Source: Raillietiella orientalis
Taxonomy: Eukaryota
Assembly (NCBI GenBank): GCA_036172245.1
Contig: JAYWIR010000002.1
Location: 1,612,001 to 1,676,000 of the forward strand
DNA: 64,000 nucleotides
Direction: 5' to 3'
The translations under genes were made by a program, and so were the position numbers. Below are positions 11,430 through 24,874 of this stretch, piece after piece (position 1 is the first letter of the stretch; each line of letters opens with the position of its first letter). The notes beneath the pieces were generated by a model. That model searched no databases. It was given only the letters and a program-made list of their open reading frames with translations, and was not told the origin of the DNA.

Positions 11430-14143
11430 CCTGCATCTTTTTTGAAAACAGTGCAAACTACTCTCTTCAACGAAGTAACGCTGACGGAACGCTTACAGAT
11501 CCTGAATACAGAAATGTGCTCGAGTCCAACAAAGTAAAGATGTAAAATACTGAGCATTTGCGAATCATCAGAATGAATTTTTATATATTTTCGAATTTGA
11601 ATTTAACTCACTACCATAGATAATGATATGAAGTACATGCCCAAGTTTTGGGTGCGATATAAGAACACTCGAATGGAATTAGGGTAACGTAAACAAGCAC
11701 ATTTGAAGAAACTTCCTTTTCTGGTAAGCGGATGAAACAACCACATACATGGAGAAACTCATTAATAAAAGTTGAACGCAAAAGTCATTTATTACCTTCA
11801 TTCTTATTGGGAACCCATTAAACAGGATTACACATTCTTTCTTGAATTCATAATTTCAATGCGTTATGAGATCACTCCCGTCTCCATTTGGATGTGTTGC
11901 CGACCTAGAAAACATATTCTCTCTCTAGTTAGCATTCAACAAGAGATTCATATTGTCTCTTCAAATGAGTAAATGTAATGAATCCTATCTCCAATTTCTC
12001 TAAGAAAAATATGATCTAATTTCTTATATCGATTCATTTATGAGCTCAGAGCATGTATACATTAATCAATGGCCTAATGCACTTAATAACAATTATACTA
12101 TTCATAAGGATACGTATATGCATCGCTGAATCGTAGTAACCTGAAGAGTTTGTGTACAAAAAGTCTTGTGAATCAACATGTATTTCTGGAAAGAAACATG
12201 TACATCTGTATGGATGGTCATAATTTAAAAGCATGATTTTTCAATATTTATGTAATTAATAAGAACACCAAAAAAACCTGTATGCAAACAAGTTACAACT
12301 ATATATCGAAACGGTGAAAAACTCTTTCTGCGAAAGTCTGCAAGACTTGTTAGAAAGACTCTTGGAACGAACGAACACCACATGTAACATGGAAGTCATA
12401 AAATCAACGAGCTGCATCCTTTTTACCAAATAAAAAAATGCTGAATTTGTTGAAACGGTATAATTCTGATTTGAGGATGCTAGTACTTTTATTTAGCTTG
12501 CAATTGAGTACCTTCGAAATTTCAAAATCATAATTGTAAGAATGATAGGTAATGAAAAAAGGCATTCAAGAGGCATGTTAAATGAATGAGAGCCTATATT
12601 GGCATAATACCAAAGTGAGAGCATACTAAATTCATATAAAAATCTGAAGGGTTGAGAAAATCTATATTCTGTGAAAGAAAAAAAAAGAATATTGAAGTTT
12701 TGATACAAATAGTGGGAATAGATGCATAGTGAAGAGATTTTGGACACTTGGAAGACTTTTGACACATGAGAATCTCTGTCGATATATGCCCTTTTAAATG
12801 ATGATGAATTCCACTGATAAAGAAAAAGGATTATGCAGAGAGTTGCAATTCTTTGCCTTGGCATCTTCATATATTTGAAAATTTCTATGGAAATTCGGAA
12901 TATGCTCGAAAGATGACTGTGTTTAATCAAGGAGGTACTGAGAATGTTTCAGAAAATTTGAGAGAATATTTCCATGATTGACTGCTGTTATGCTTCCGGT
13001 TAATTGAATAAAGACCCTGCAGGAAAGGAAGATAGCTGAGATTTACGAGTCTGGAGGCGATGAAAATAAGTGTTTGAATTCCAGAAATCCTTCATGAAAA
13101 GCAATATTATTTTACATTTCATAGAGGACAAATAAATGATACAGCTATATAGGAGACTTCTAAAATCAGCGCAGTTTCTAACATGTTTCATCTAATCTTC
13201 TGATGTAAACACTGCGTGTTCCTTACGACGAGAGTTGATGAATATGATGCCACATCAAAAATCATCTTCTAATGAAGATGGAAACGTATCCAATCAAGAA
13301 GAATAGCGTTTATTGGAATTTGTAACCAGATGTGGAGAATCAATCATGCCCTAATAAACTCCGAATACATAAGCAGTAAACTACGATTTCAAAGACGCAT
13401 TACTTTGATCGCAGATAACCTGACTCTGATATATAAGAAAAAAAAGTAGGAATAATATGACAAAATGTAAAATCTTTCCACTCGAATACACTTTTGCTTA
13501 GGACCCATAATGCAGTTGCATTTGGATGGAGATATACATAAAAAAAGTGGTTAAGAAATATCTAGCACAATGTTTTTATGAGATTCTTATCGTGACTACT
13601 GTGTCTGCTGGCAGGCACAACTCTATAGCTGCGGTTTCTGGTCCCTTTATCACAAATTCTTCATCTGTGTAAAATCAAGCTCAGGTCCTTCAGTATGGAA
13701 CCGCATACCAACAACCGCATACTTTTAAATGGGAGATTTCGTTGCGTTTATGAATCAAATATGTACCAACTTGAGGATACCCGCGAACCAAAGAATATTC
13801 AGATCTGATGACTTGTTTTCCGTATTTGCATGATTGTCAGGTTTCAAACAAATCCCACCTTTTCGAGGCTTAGACATTTACAATGGAAATTTCTTTATGC
13901 TTATCCTAAGTAATAAGAAACGTGAGAAAAGCAATGGTGAAAATTTTCATTTCTTGAGGTGATACAGTTTTTAGCACTGTTCAATTCTGTATAATGAATA
14001 TGATGTTCCGATAATCTAAAAGATCGGCAAGCAGTTTATTGAAAATTGAGGGGAGTCGGAATAAAATATTTGCTCAAAAGTTTTTTCCTTTTGCTGTGAT
14101 CATTCACTATGGATTCACTGTAGACTTGGGTAATTTGTGATAT

Positions 14144-14467
14144 TCAACACCTCTTTCCATAAGGTCCACAAGAGTTCGTGCAGCATACTGAACCACAGCT
14201 TCGAGGAGAACATCCATCCACACAAGGAAGGCAACTTGGGTCACAGCAATCAAGGGACGTAGAGCATGTTTCTTCCACGCAAAAAATTCTACCACAGCCA
14301 CATGCTCCGCATGTGTTACCACATGGTCCACATGAGCCACAAGATCCGTTCGGTCCACATGAGCCACAGGGTCCACAAGGTCCACAGGGACTGTATCCAG
14401 CGTCGCTATTATAATATTTGTAGCAATAGTTCTTTTTGTAGCTGTAAGGTAATTTGCAACACGACAT
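14144..14467 (-). CDS. Small Cys-rich protein with CGP/CGS repeats (Mst84D/Mst87F/ODF1-type sperm-tail-like or keratin-associated-like), 107 aa
   Basis: MSCCKLPYSY...SPCGPCGPCGSCGPNGSCGSCGPCGNTCGACGCG...CCDPSCLPC...CGPYGKRC is open with no stop. The ATG follows a pyrimidine tract plus AG. Function is inferred from composition only. Confidence 0.7.
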   Translation of the reverse strand: MSCCKLPYSYKKNYCYKYYNSDAGYSPCGPCGPCGSCGPNGSCGSCGPCGNTCGACGCGRIFCVEETCSTSLDCCDPSCLPCVDGCSPRSCGSVCCTNSCGPYGKRC

Positions 14468-16339
14468 GCTTATACGTAGAGAAAACAGGAGAAGAAAATT
14501 TTTGAAAAAACGTAAAAAAGTTTCCTGTAAAAATGGTAATCTGAGAATACTATGCAAAAAATTTTTAAGGTTGCCAATGATTTCCATTATATTCTTGCGA
14601 GCCTCATTGTTGGAAATTCTTTGTAGTTGCTAAGCATGAAAACAATGCGTTGGGCCGTTTTCCTACTAATCGAAAAGGTGGCTCGAGCTTCCGCTTGAAG
14701 CCCTTCGGTGGTAGGAGGTATATTGGTGTTTGAGGAATAGTTGTTGATTGCAAGGCGGAAATTATAAGTCTAAAGAGGCTCCCACGAAGAAGGTTCGCAC
14801 GTGATCGGCCCAGAGTTAGGAAAAAGATTGGCTTCCATCGTAAATTCCATGGTAGAGTGCAATTCACAGAGTGCTTTGAAAGAGAATGTAAATAAAGGAA
14901 CGAAATTTAACCATCACTATAAAAAAAAAAAAAAAATTTGGCACCATCTTACCATCATTGGTTGGTTCATTTTTTTCTGTATGTTAGAAATCTAATCAGT
15001 TTTGTACAAAGTAATTTTATTTTATGTAAGAATTCCTCCCATGAAACTTACTTCAATTGAAGGGAAAATCATTACTAGGAACAGGTTTTATGAATCACTG
15101 CAAAAACGAGATGTTTCCAACGTGGTGCTGAGCAACGTATTAGATGTTGCACTGCTATGCAAGAAGCAGTGATGTGTTTACATCACAACGATCTACGTTT
15201 ACGAGCAATTAGGTTAGTAACCTAACCACACTAATGACAAAATTCTTGAACTGAAATTATTAAATAAAAAAGGCCCATGGTAAATGACCGCCGCATGCAT
15301 ACAAGTTTTGTTAGGCTAATGTTAGGAATGCAAGTCTGAAAAAAATAATGGCAAACTAATAGCCGAGAATGCAATCAGATACTTGCTCCTATGCATATTC
15401 TGTGAAACTTCTATTCTTCAGTTCTATTCAGAAATGCCCAAGTGAACAGAAGAAACTTTGTAAAGAGTCTTAAGCTTAATTTCAAGTCCTGAGCTTTATT
15501 TTAGTCTAAAAAAAAAAAACATGAATTCGGAGATTTTTTTTGAATTATAAAAAATCATTCTTTAGAAATCAGTTTTATTAAAAATTTGGTACGGAATCTG
15601 TATAAAATCTTCTCACGTGTACACAGGGAAAACAGTGCTTGTGCCAAAACTTCATATCTATTGATTTTAGAACCCAAGTATGCATACTGCATTCTCATCA
15701 CTTTATTTTACTCAGAACAAACTGAAGACTGAGACTGCATCTCAGATTTTATGCCATAGTTCGTATTTTGGGAGAAGCTAATTGAAGTTAATATCAAAGA
15801 TTTAAGGTGCATTGAAGTCTTCTCTGAAGATGCACTACATGGATACACTACTTTGTATTGCAATGCTTTTTTCTTTTGGTAAAATTCAAAGTACAATGGC
15901 TACATTTGGTGTTTCCCTGTCATGGTATCTACAGGCTGCTTTGTAGAGTCTTTCTATGATTTTCGATTTGCCAACTACTCAGATCTTTTTCAAAACTGTT
16001 TCAGTTTCCAACCCAAAGGAAGAAGCTTGTTACTTGAATTACATTCCACAACACTCATGTTAGGAGTTTGAAAGACTTATTCCATTCAGAGATATTACCT
16101 AGAAAATTTAAAGCTAAAAAGGAAGAAAAGAAATGGTTTTTCCTTCAAATAAATCTGTCTTAATTCCAATAATATAACAATAGACATTACAAAATTTTAC
16201 AAAATTCCCGACAGGTAATGTATCAAGTATCAATGTCTGTATCAACTCTACATTAAGGAAAATGATGGGTGTGTAAAAGCATATTTTTTTTTTTTAAAGC
16301 AAAAGAAACTTTACGTGATTTTCCTTACTGCATCTCAAT

Positions 16340-19300
16340 TTAGCTGGAGCAACTAGCTTTAAAAACATCTGGCATCATGGTTTTGAGAGAATCTCTAAAT
16401 CAGCCCAAAATACATGTACATGGAAACAAATGTTGCATACCTAAAGGCAGTGACCTCTCTATGTGACATCAGCAAAATACCAGAGTCAAGAAGGTGGCAA
16501 ATTTGTCTTGTCAGTGGGGGACTGACACCAGCCAGAAACTGCAACAGTTCTTGCATTGTCTTAGTCTTTTCAGGCACATGACTGTTAACAAAATTGATGA
16601 AGGCCTCCTCCAGCCCTGAACTGAAACAAAAAACCAGTTTATAATAAGCAACTTTTCTTGTACCTTAATTCATCTGCATCTTGCAAGAGCACTTTGGCAA
16701 GATTCCTGATACATTCATTTTCCTCTTGTATCAACAAATGTAATAACACATTCCAGATTGGGTTTAGAACCTGCATCACTACAAGCTCCTTTGGAAAATG
16801 AGACACAATTGAAGTAAGAAACTGTGCTGTCTACAAAATTTGGAATGACGTTCAAGCTTGAACCTATGATTTACCAGCTTTGGAGATTCCAGCTCATGGC
16901 AAGAGGAAAGAAATTCTTCCACAATAAGCTGCAGCCAAAAATTCAAGAAATCTTGAACACGTTCACTGTTCTTGATTTGGGAATAATGAAAAAGACTCTG
17001 CAAAATGCATTTAAAATACAAGATTGATAAAAATTTAAAAACGCAATACATGGAAAGGATGGGAATCCAGAGGCCACAAAGGCAGATAACAGTGTACCAA
17101 GTCCTTACAGCAACGCATAACATAGGGGTCACTGCTTGGCTTGAGATCCCATAGTCCTGCAATGAACTGGGAGCTCATTAGTTATATGTGAACTATCTGG
17201 AAGTTACCAATGATAGACTGCTGCTTAATGCCTGTCGAACAGATGGTGAGAGTCTCCGGTCAGAGAGATATAAGCTTTTAGGTAACAACATAACAGTAAC
17301 CAAACGTGGGAGTAGGCACATAGGCTTTCCCTGGAGAAATCTATTTTATTTACTTTTCCATTTTAACTCACTTTGGTATAAATGAGGATAGCACAGTTCT
17401 GAAAAAGAGAACCCACAACCAGGAAGGCATCACAAATAATATCCTCTCTTGGTTTATGAGAGAGCATCCAGTTGATGACATTATCAATCTTATTCAAGCA
17501 CCGTGCTACTCTCTCTCGCCATGTAAATTGCTCCATGAGATTCTGAAGGACCAAAATACTTTATTGAAGAGGTCAATCACCCACCTGAAAACTCCTGTAC
17601 TTTTTACGCAGACATCTAAAAAATGCTGTCACTGTAGGACTCTCAGGAAGTTCACCTAAGAGCTGAACCATACAGCTGGCTCGAAGAACCACCACTGATA
17701 ATGCTTGAATGCTTTGTTCCTGACGAGACAGGTGCAGGACACATCGTAACCAGCCATAAACCAAAATCTCAAGAAATGTCTGAGACTTGAAAGTTGCATG
17801 GGAGCTAAGAGCAAGCTGTCGGAGAGCTTCCAACATATAACTACAGCTAAACTTCACAGGTATCACATCATCAGTAGCAAAGTATTGGAACACATCAATA
17901 GATGAGCAACTGTCTGGAACTGAACGTATAGCAGTTGCTAGTAGAGTGCAGCTGGCAGCTACTTGAGGTAGAAGTGGATCATACGGTTCTTGTCTACTAA
18001 TAGACATTACAACTGGTAGGATTTGTTGCCATAAAATATTTAAAAGGGTGCACTGGAGCTGATCTTGGATTTGCCCTGATGAAAGCTATGGAAATATGGT
18101 TTGTTTGAAATCTTACCTTCATCTTTGGATCTCTCAATTTGCTGCTTTCCTTGGAAACGCAGTTTTGTAAGGAAACGCAGCAAAAAGCGCAAGAAAGAAT
18201 TAAAACAACAAACGTCCGGTCGTGTACCATTCAAACATCGAAGACCCATCTCTAATTAGTATCATCTAACCATTCCGTTTGTGATGATAAAGGTTCCTTA
18301 CCTAGGAGGAATACATCAACTGCATTCCAACCAGCAACCCATTCCAAACTCCATTCTGCACTTTTCCAGACAGTAACAAACAAAGTATGTAGTTCTAAAC
18401 AACGTTCTTGACAACGCTGTTGGGAATGAAATTCTTGAAGGGCTTCATCAATCAACAGTTGAAACTGGAAAATATCACCTTTGATTTACAGGAAGCAAAT
18501 TAATTACCTTGTTTCTCAGTGCATCTATGGAGTAGCCTTTTTGGCCTAAAAAAATCATGAAGGTTAAGAAAGCTGACCACAGGAGTAGTTCCTTGCTATT
18601 ATGCTGCATTCCCCTGGGTAGAAGCATCAAGATTTCACACAGTCTATGAGCCTGAAATCTCATCAGTGAGCATCAGGCATGGAAAACCTACCTCATGGTC
18701 GTCAGTATGGCAAAATAAAATCAATATCAGCCGTAAGAAGTTACATATGCCAGCATCTGTTAGATCATTGAGAAAAGCTCGGTGGATACGTGAATAGAAA
18801 CGTCCTTTGAGTATTTTCCAAAGTGACAAAGCATTATGCTGAAGCTGCTGATCTGCACCCCCTCAATTCTTAGGAGTTCGCCACAAACTTACCAAGAAGA
18901 ATACAAAACATTTCCATGCTAGTATCACCTTCAAAAATCAGAGAGGGATTGGCTACACGCTTATCCACCCAAATGACAACTGACTCCCAAACATGACTAA
19001 AGAAAAAAAATACAAATTTAAATACAACAGTAAGAAAAATTAGTGCTAAAAGCAACAACAGTTAGAACGTCAGTAAGAATTTACAGGATAAAAACCTGAA
19101 AATTAGCCTGGAACAATCAATAACAAGCTGCAGAAGCTAGAAGCTACTTACTGTGGACTGCTTGATTCTTTCCTTGGAACAGATATTCCCGAAATGTTGT
19201 TTAAATGACGAGAAAAGTGCTCCCACAGAAGGCACATTAGTTCAGAATGCATTCCCCAGAGGGATGTTAAATGAATGCATGATCCCACAAGAAAATGGCG

Positions 19301-20675
19301 ATGCATCTCCATTAAATTGTCTTCTTGAGTCTGTGATAGACATTTCTGAATAATAGAAATAGTGAGACTATAATTGGGAGCTAGCTAAAATGGGAAATAT
19401 GAAAATGACTTCCAAAATTCGGGTTCTTAGTAACCTCAATAAGATGAGGAAAGTGTAAGCATTTATTCATCTTGGTGCAAAGAAGACTAATATGGCTTAT
19501 AAACCATAGCTGAAAACAACCATTATGATTAGGAGAATCTGGAAGCTTTAATTCCATTAATTTTTCGTCATTTTGCCCATCAGTCGTCTTCATTCCAGAG
19601 CAACAGATCAAATCCAAGTAAAACCAAAGGGACTACACAAATGGCTTTAGTGATATTTTTTTCCTTACTCTGCAGTGTAACTGCTGCGTCAAGTAGGCAA
19701 CAAATGCCACCCAAGAGACCTCCACACAAGAACATGAAAAAGGATTTTCCAAGAAATTTTCTACCTAAATTGAGAAAGAGCATAAGCAATGCGTGGACCT
19801 ACTGTTCGTTTTAACCTGTCTATACTTTTGCAAAGACATCAGAAGAAATCCACGACAGACAACTAAAATTACTTGATCCCAGCAAGAAATTTTAGTGGAT
19901 GATATTAGCATTTCTTCTTCCTCGAGTGAAGTTCCATATTTTTCAACCAACGATTCCAGCAAAAATAAACAATTCCAATAAATTTCCAAAGAGCAATGAA
20001 CAGCAGGTTTTTTTATGTTGATTATCTGGTATAGTATAATCATTTTTATTTATCCCTCTATTCAAGATTTTTTACTTCATCTTGCAAATCAATTTCTTCC
20101 TGAACCTCCAGCATCTTCAGAAACTGATAGCTTTCAATCAGTACATGATGACATATATTGACATTAGAGAAACTAATCAATAAAGAAATGATCAAACAAG
20201 GTACATTCAAGTCTAACACCATGAAAATACTTTACCTTGAAATGTACTGCAAATATAAAAAGAAAACTGATACATCTTCAATAGCAGTTTCTCCAAAATT
20301 AGCACATTTGTCTGCATAAATCCAATTTCTAATCTGTAAAAATCTTTGTCTATATTTTTCCTGAAATCACAATCATTGCAAAACTAAGTTTTCTTACTTT
20401 GCTAGACAAAAAAGATGCGTAATTAAACATACAGAGGCATCAGCTACTTGGAATGTACACCCAAACAATTCTATGAAAGGCTTTTCGAAACGTTTTGCAT
20501 CTGATGGCAAATGGCTCATACGTCTCAAGAGGTTTTCTTTCAAATCCAAATGAACATTAGTTGAATTCTTTTCACAGCCAAATAACGGAAGGTAGAATTC
20601 TATAAAACATTAAAAGTATGAAAATTGGAAAATATAGTTACCTTTAGGATTTGTTGCAGTATGTGTGCTATCCAT
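16340..20675 (-). CDS. MMS22L: MMS22-like DNA repair protein, multi-exon
   Basis: Exons LLRRMSHLPSDAKRFEKPFIELFG, WKILKGRFYSRIHRAFLNDLTDAGICNFLRL and LLLWSAFLTFMIFLGQKGYSI match the MMS22L pattern (WKQVKGRIYSKFH...LTEVGLQNF). First coding exon 20642-20675, intron 20600-20641 (42 nt), stop at 16340-16342. Confidence 0.88.
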
Positions 20676-21829
20676 TTGATATTTACAGCACACTTCTGTT
20701 GCTTAATCTATAAAATATCATTAATAAATGGTCACATTTGATAACAACTATTATGAACCCTATGAGGATCGATGTATTCCTGCTGTTTACGAACTTGGGC
20801 ATAATTCATCGTCAACATAAACACACAACAAAGGCATTGCAAATATGACACTATAAACTATATAACATGATGCTTGTGCACACGTTTGAGATAATCCGCT
20901 TTCGCGCCATCAGTACGAAAACAGAAACACGGAATTCAGCTCGCAGTGATCCAAAATGGACAATTAAAAACGGGAAAATGAACAAAAACAAAAACAAAAA
21001 ACAAAAGGTGAAAATTAAAAAGTACATTCCCAAATCAGTGTCTATTGCAGACACTGATAACCGAAATGTTACTATCATTGAGAACTATCATGATCTGTAT
21101 TTCTAGAAACCCGAATCTTGTATTCGAATCTTCGAATGTCTCCAGATTTCCTTTTTTTCTAAGAAGGGGACAAAACCTCTTCTTAGAATTTTTGTTTCTA
21201 TATTATCATAACTTTGAAGTATGCAAGTAGAAAAAAGAATTCCTTGGATTTATCTCCGAAAGGTTAAATGATCCAGTACATTCAATCAACCCTTCCGTCT
21301 TAGCTGTCTTCTCCAGTTCGTTCAACACATGAGTCATCAAATGCAAAGTACATTTAAGAAACATCCTCACTGTATCATGAGTAGTACATAGAAACCAGTT
21401 TATAGCACTGATTACTGTTTATCACTGTGTATGCATTAAGAAGAGATTCTAGAATGAAAGAAAACGTTCTAGAAACTGTTGTTTTGTGCTTCCGTCTTAG
21501 CGTGCAATTCAAAATATTTTGCATTCGAATACATCAGAAGGATAGAATAAAGTGGAGGGAATGCCTGAATAAATAGTTGATAATGGGGAACCATATGAAA
21601 GTTGTCTCGACAGAGGTTGGAATGGTTGCTTACTGTATAGGAGCTTGATACTGAATATAGCATTCTATTCTTCCCATGATAGAAATGATTAGCTGAATTT
21701 CGTTTCCGTAGATAACATAACCTGCTTTACAAGCATTTATTACATATATTAGAATAGAATTAAGTATTATACTCAATATAGATCCAGAAACTAGTTACTT
21801 TTCGACTTGTTACCACTTCAATTATGATC

Positions 21830-23640
21830 CTTTCACCTCCGACCGTTTTTTAAATGTAAAATAGGATGGCCATTGGAACCTCGCCCATGTGCGAATGGTT
21901 TCCTGCAGCCAGCCACTACCGTCCGCTGGCAGTGCGAGGTCCATCCGGTTTTCCTCGCCAGAGTGATCACCTGCCGAAGGTGCAGTCTGCTGTGGATGAG
22001 ACTGCGTGGACGGCAGGCAAGGAAGGACGCGAGTTCCACTTTCTCATGCTGCATGGCGGGACAAACAAAAAGCAGGAGGCAGAGGAGGGGAGCCACCAAA
22101 GTATTCCACACCGCGGCCCGTTACCGCAGGTAAAACTTGCCTCTTTGAAATGGGTCGAGCGCTTGAAGTGCTTTCTGAACACTGGTGGATCACTGGTGGA
22201 AGCCGGAAACAGGATGCCCCCGTTGACGGGCCGGAATTGGAAGTTGACCCCCCGGCGTCCTTCCAGGAATCCAGGAACACCGGTTACCTCCAGGGTCCCC
22301 CTCGTGAAAATGGAGCCGTCCCTCTCCTCGGGGGTGAGGATGGGTGGATGGAGAAACATATACACCTCTATCGCGTAACATCCAGGGTGCTGGTTGATGT
22401 ATCCCCAGAGTGCAAGAAGCGCCGTTCAGAGGAATTGAGAAGAATCCCTTCGGGTCTCCTCAGAGGAGGAGGAAACAAGGAGCGGTTCTCTTGCGGGGGT
22501 TTCCTCCGGTGTAGAAATTCCATGAGCGGATCGTTTCCAGGTTCCCTTCGGAGAAGAAATAATGGAGCGGGACCCTCCAGGGGATCCCTCTGGAGAGAAT
22601 GAGGAAGAGATCCCCTTCGGAGACAACCAGCGTGGAGGATTCCCTTAGAGGTTCCCTCCCAAGAGCAGGAGGAACGGACTGCTTCTACCAGAGCATTCCT
22701 GGATTCACAGAGTGCTCCCTCAGCGGTTATCCCGTAAATCTTGAAGAGTGACGCCCACCCTCGGGTGGCGTGGGCATTGTGAAGAGCTCTGTGAGATCCC
22801 CTCCCTTAGGAGACGGGCGGTTCTTCAGCACTCCTTGATGACCAAGAAAAGGGACGATGGAGTGAGTGCTGAGCTTTGAGATTCGTTTTCCTTTCACGAC
22901 CAGATCAGGAAGCTTAGACATAAGGGATTTTCCTCATTCGTCGACCGTTTGGTGAACTATTGGTGATCGCAGTCCCATGATGCTGCTGACTCTTCCCTTT
23001 CCGAATTCCTGGTGGCTGTGAAGCTGCAGGACATTGATTTCTCTCCTTCGGGAATTGAGAGGTAATTCAGAACTCTTAGAACGCAAGAAAGTGGCTGAAT
23101 CCCATGTCCTCTCCTTATGTTGTCTCCCTCTCCTTCTGACAGAATAGCTGCTCATCTCACTAGGATGCATTACATTTCATGCAACTTGATGGCATGAATG
23201 AGAGGAGTGGATCTCGGCGGAGTCAAGAGGAAAAAAGAAAAAGGAAAAACGGGTCTCTTCCTAACTATGGGAGGTCTGTGCGAGAAGGAGAGCACCCAAA
23301 GGGGATGGAACTGCAGGAAAAGGGAGAGTGTCCATGGTGGTCGTTCTGAGTTCTTATTCTCTGGGAGTCTGCTCGAAACTCTGGCGTCATCCTGACAAGA
23401 GAGTGTGCAGTGCTTTCCTCGTGTGAGTTGACGCATGGGCATGCATGGAAAGATAAGAAGTCATGTCGTACACCTCCAGATGCTAATAAAATGCCCGTCT
23501 TCGAACTGAAGACCGGAGAGTATACCGCAGATGTGCAGAAACATACAATGAAAGCACATGAAAAGCGTTTCTCAACGATTCGTAAGCATCGCGAAGTTTC
23601 GGCACCTCTCATCGAACCGAATGGGCACCAGCTTTAAGGT
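21830..23640 (-). repeat. Unclassified GC-rich dispersed repeat, copy B, including a tandem array at about 22435-22635
   Basis: Homologous to 4170-5750 in the same orientation. Sharp composition change from the AT-rich flank at about 21830. GC-rich decayed sequence continues to about 24400. Confidence 0.7.
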
Positions 23641-24874
23641 ACTAAAGCGCGAAGGAAGCAATTTGAGGATTCAGACCATCTTACTCTTACGCTGCATTCA
23701 TCATGCATTCTTTCGGGACACTCGTGCATGAGCCTATGCTGGGGCTATGCTAATGCACGCAGATCTCATGAGCTACGCTCTCCTACGATTCCCCTTATTT
23801 GCTACCATCATGCCTCGTCCAAACGCTAGTTCTGTCACATCACCGAAACGAGCTCTCTTCAAGGGACATTTAAGCAGAAGTGGTAGAGAAACGGGAAACA
23901 CCTTTGACAGTGCTTTCGACAAGCAGTTGCCGCATCCCTGTCTCGCACCCGAGTAGCAGAAGGGAACAGGTATCAAATAGATGGCTTGGGCAAGTAAGTG
24001 GTCTTGGGTGGGCAACGGTTTCTGAAATGTTTCGAAGCACGCGTAGGTGCGGTTTCGCTGGTAAAAGCAAGTATGCATGTGACCGATCTTTTTCCCTACA
24101 CCAGCAGGAATGAACGTTTCCTCTGCACTTTTTGGGGTATGGAGACATGGGACCAGTTTCTTGGTGCACTCGATTTCTCGTATTACCTGTTGCCGTCCTT
24201 CGACACTCGATTTTCCGAAAACTTGCGCCGAGGTAGCTCAGCGGATGGGGGACTCCGTGAAAAGAGGGGGATGTTGAATGGAAACGCAAGCGAGGACTTC
24301 ACTTCCATTATGCCGGAGGGAAAAACGAACATCGTTTCCATCCATCGAGGCTCCAAGGTCACCGTTTTTTCTTTGCAATTGAAGATAATTGTTAGACTAC
24401 TCGTAAAATTCATCTTTCAAGCAAGAATGAATTTTCAGAAAAGCTACGACGAAGTGATGTCATTCTTGTATGCACCTTCGGATTGTCTTCAGTTCTAAAA
24501 AAACAGAGGCACAGAAATTCGGAGCACTTGGAGAACACATCAATGGATGTGCTTCCGACAGCTTGACTGGGGACCACAATTACGATGCCACGATATGGGA
24601 AAAGAACGAGAGATGAAAACGAGAACGAATATTTGTAATAGTAAAATTTTTTAACATTAGTGCCATCAGGATGTCACAGACTAACATAATCACAAATGAT
24701 GCAAAAATAGAATGCATCCGCGAACAGTAAATATATTGTACTGTAAGAGATTAATTGAGATTTTGATACTCAAAGCTTTTCAGAAGCTAAGAGGGGAAAT
24801 ACTATATTGATTAAATGTTTCCACATGAAATAATGGTATGCTGGAGTATTGAGCTTTATCTTTTATTGGTTTTA

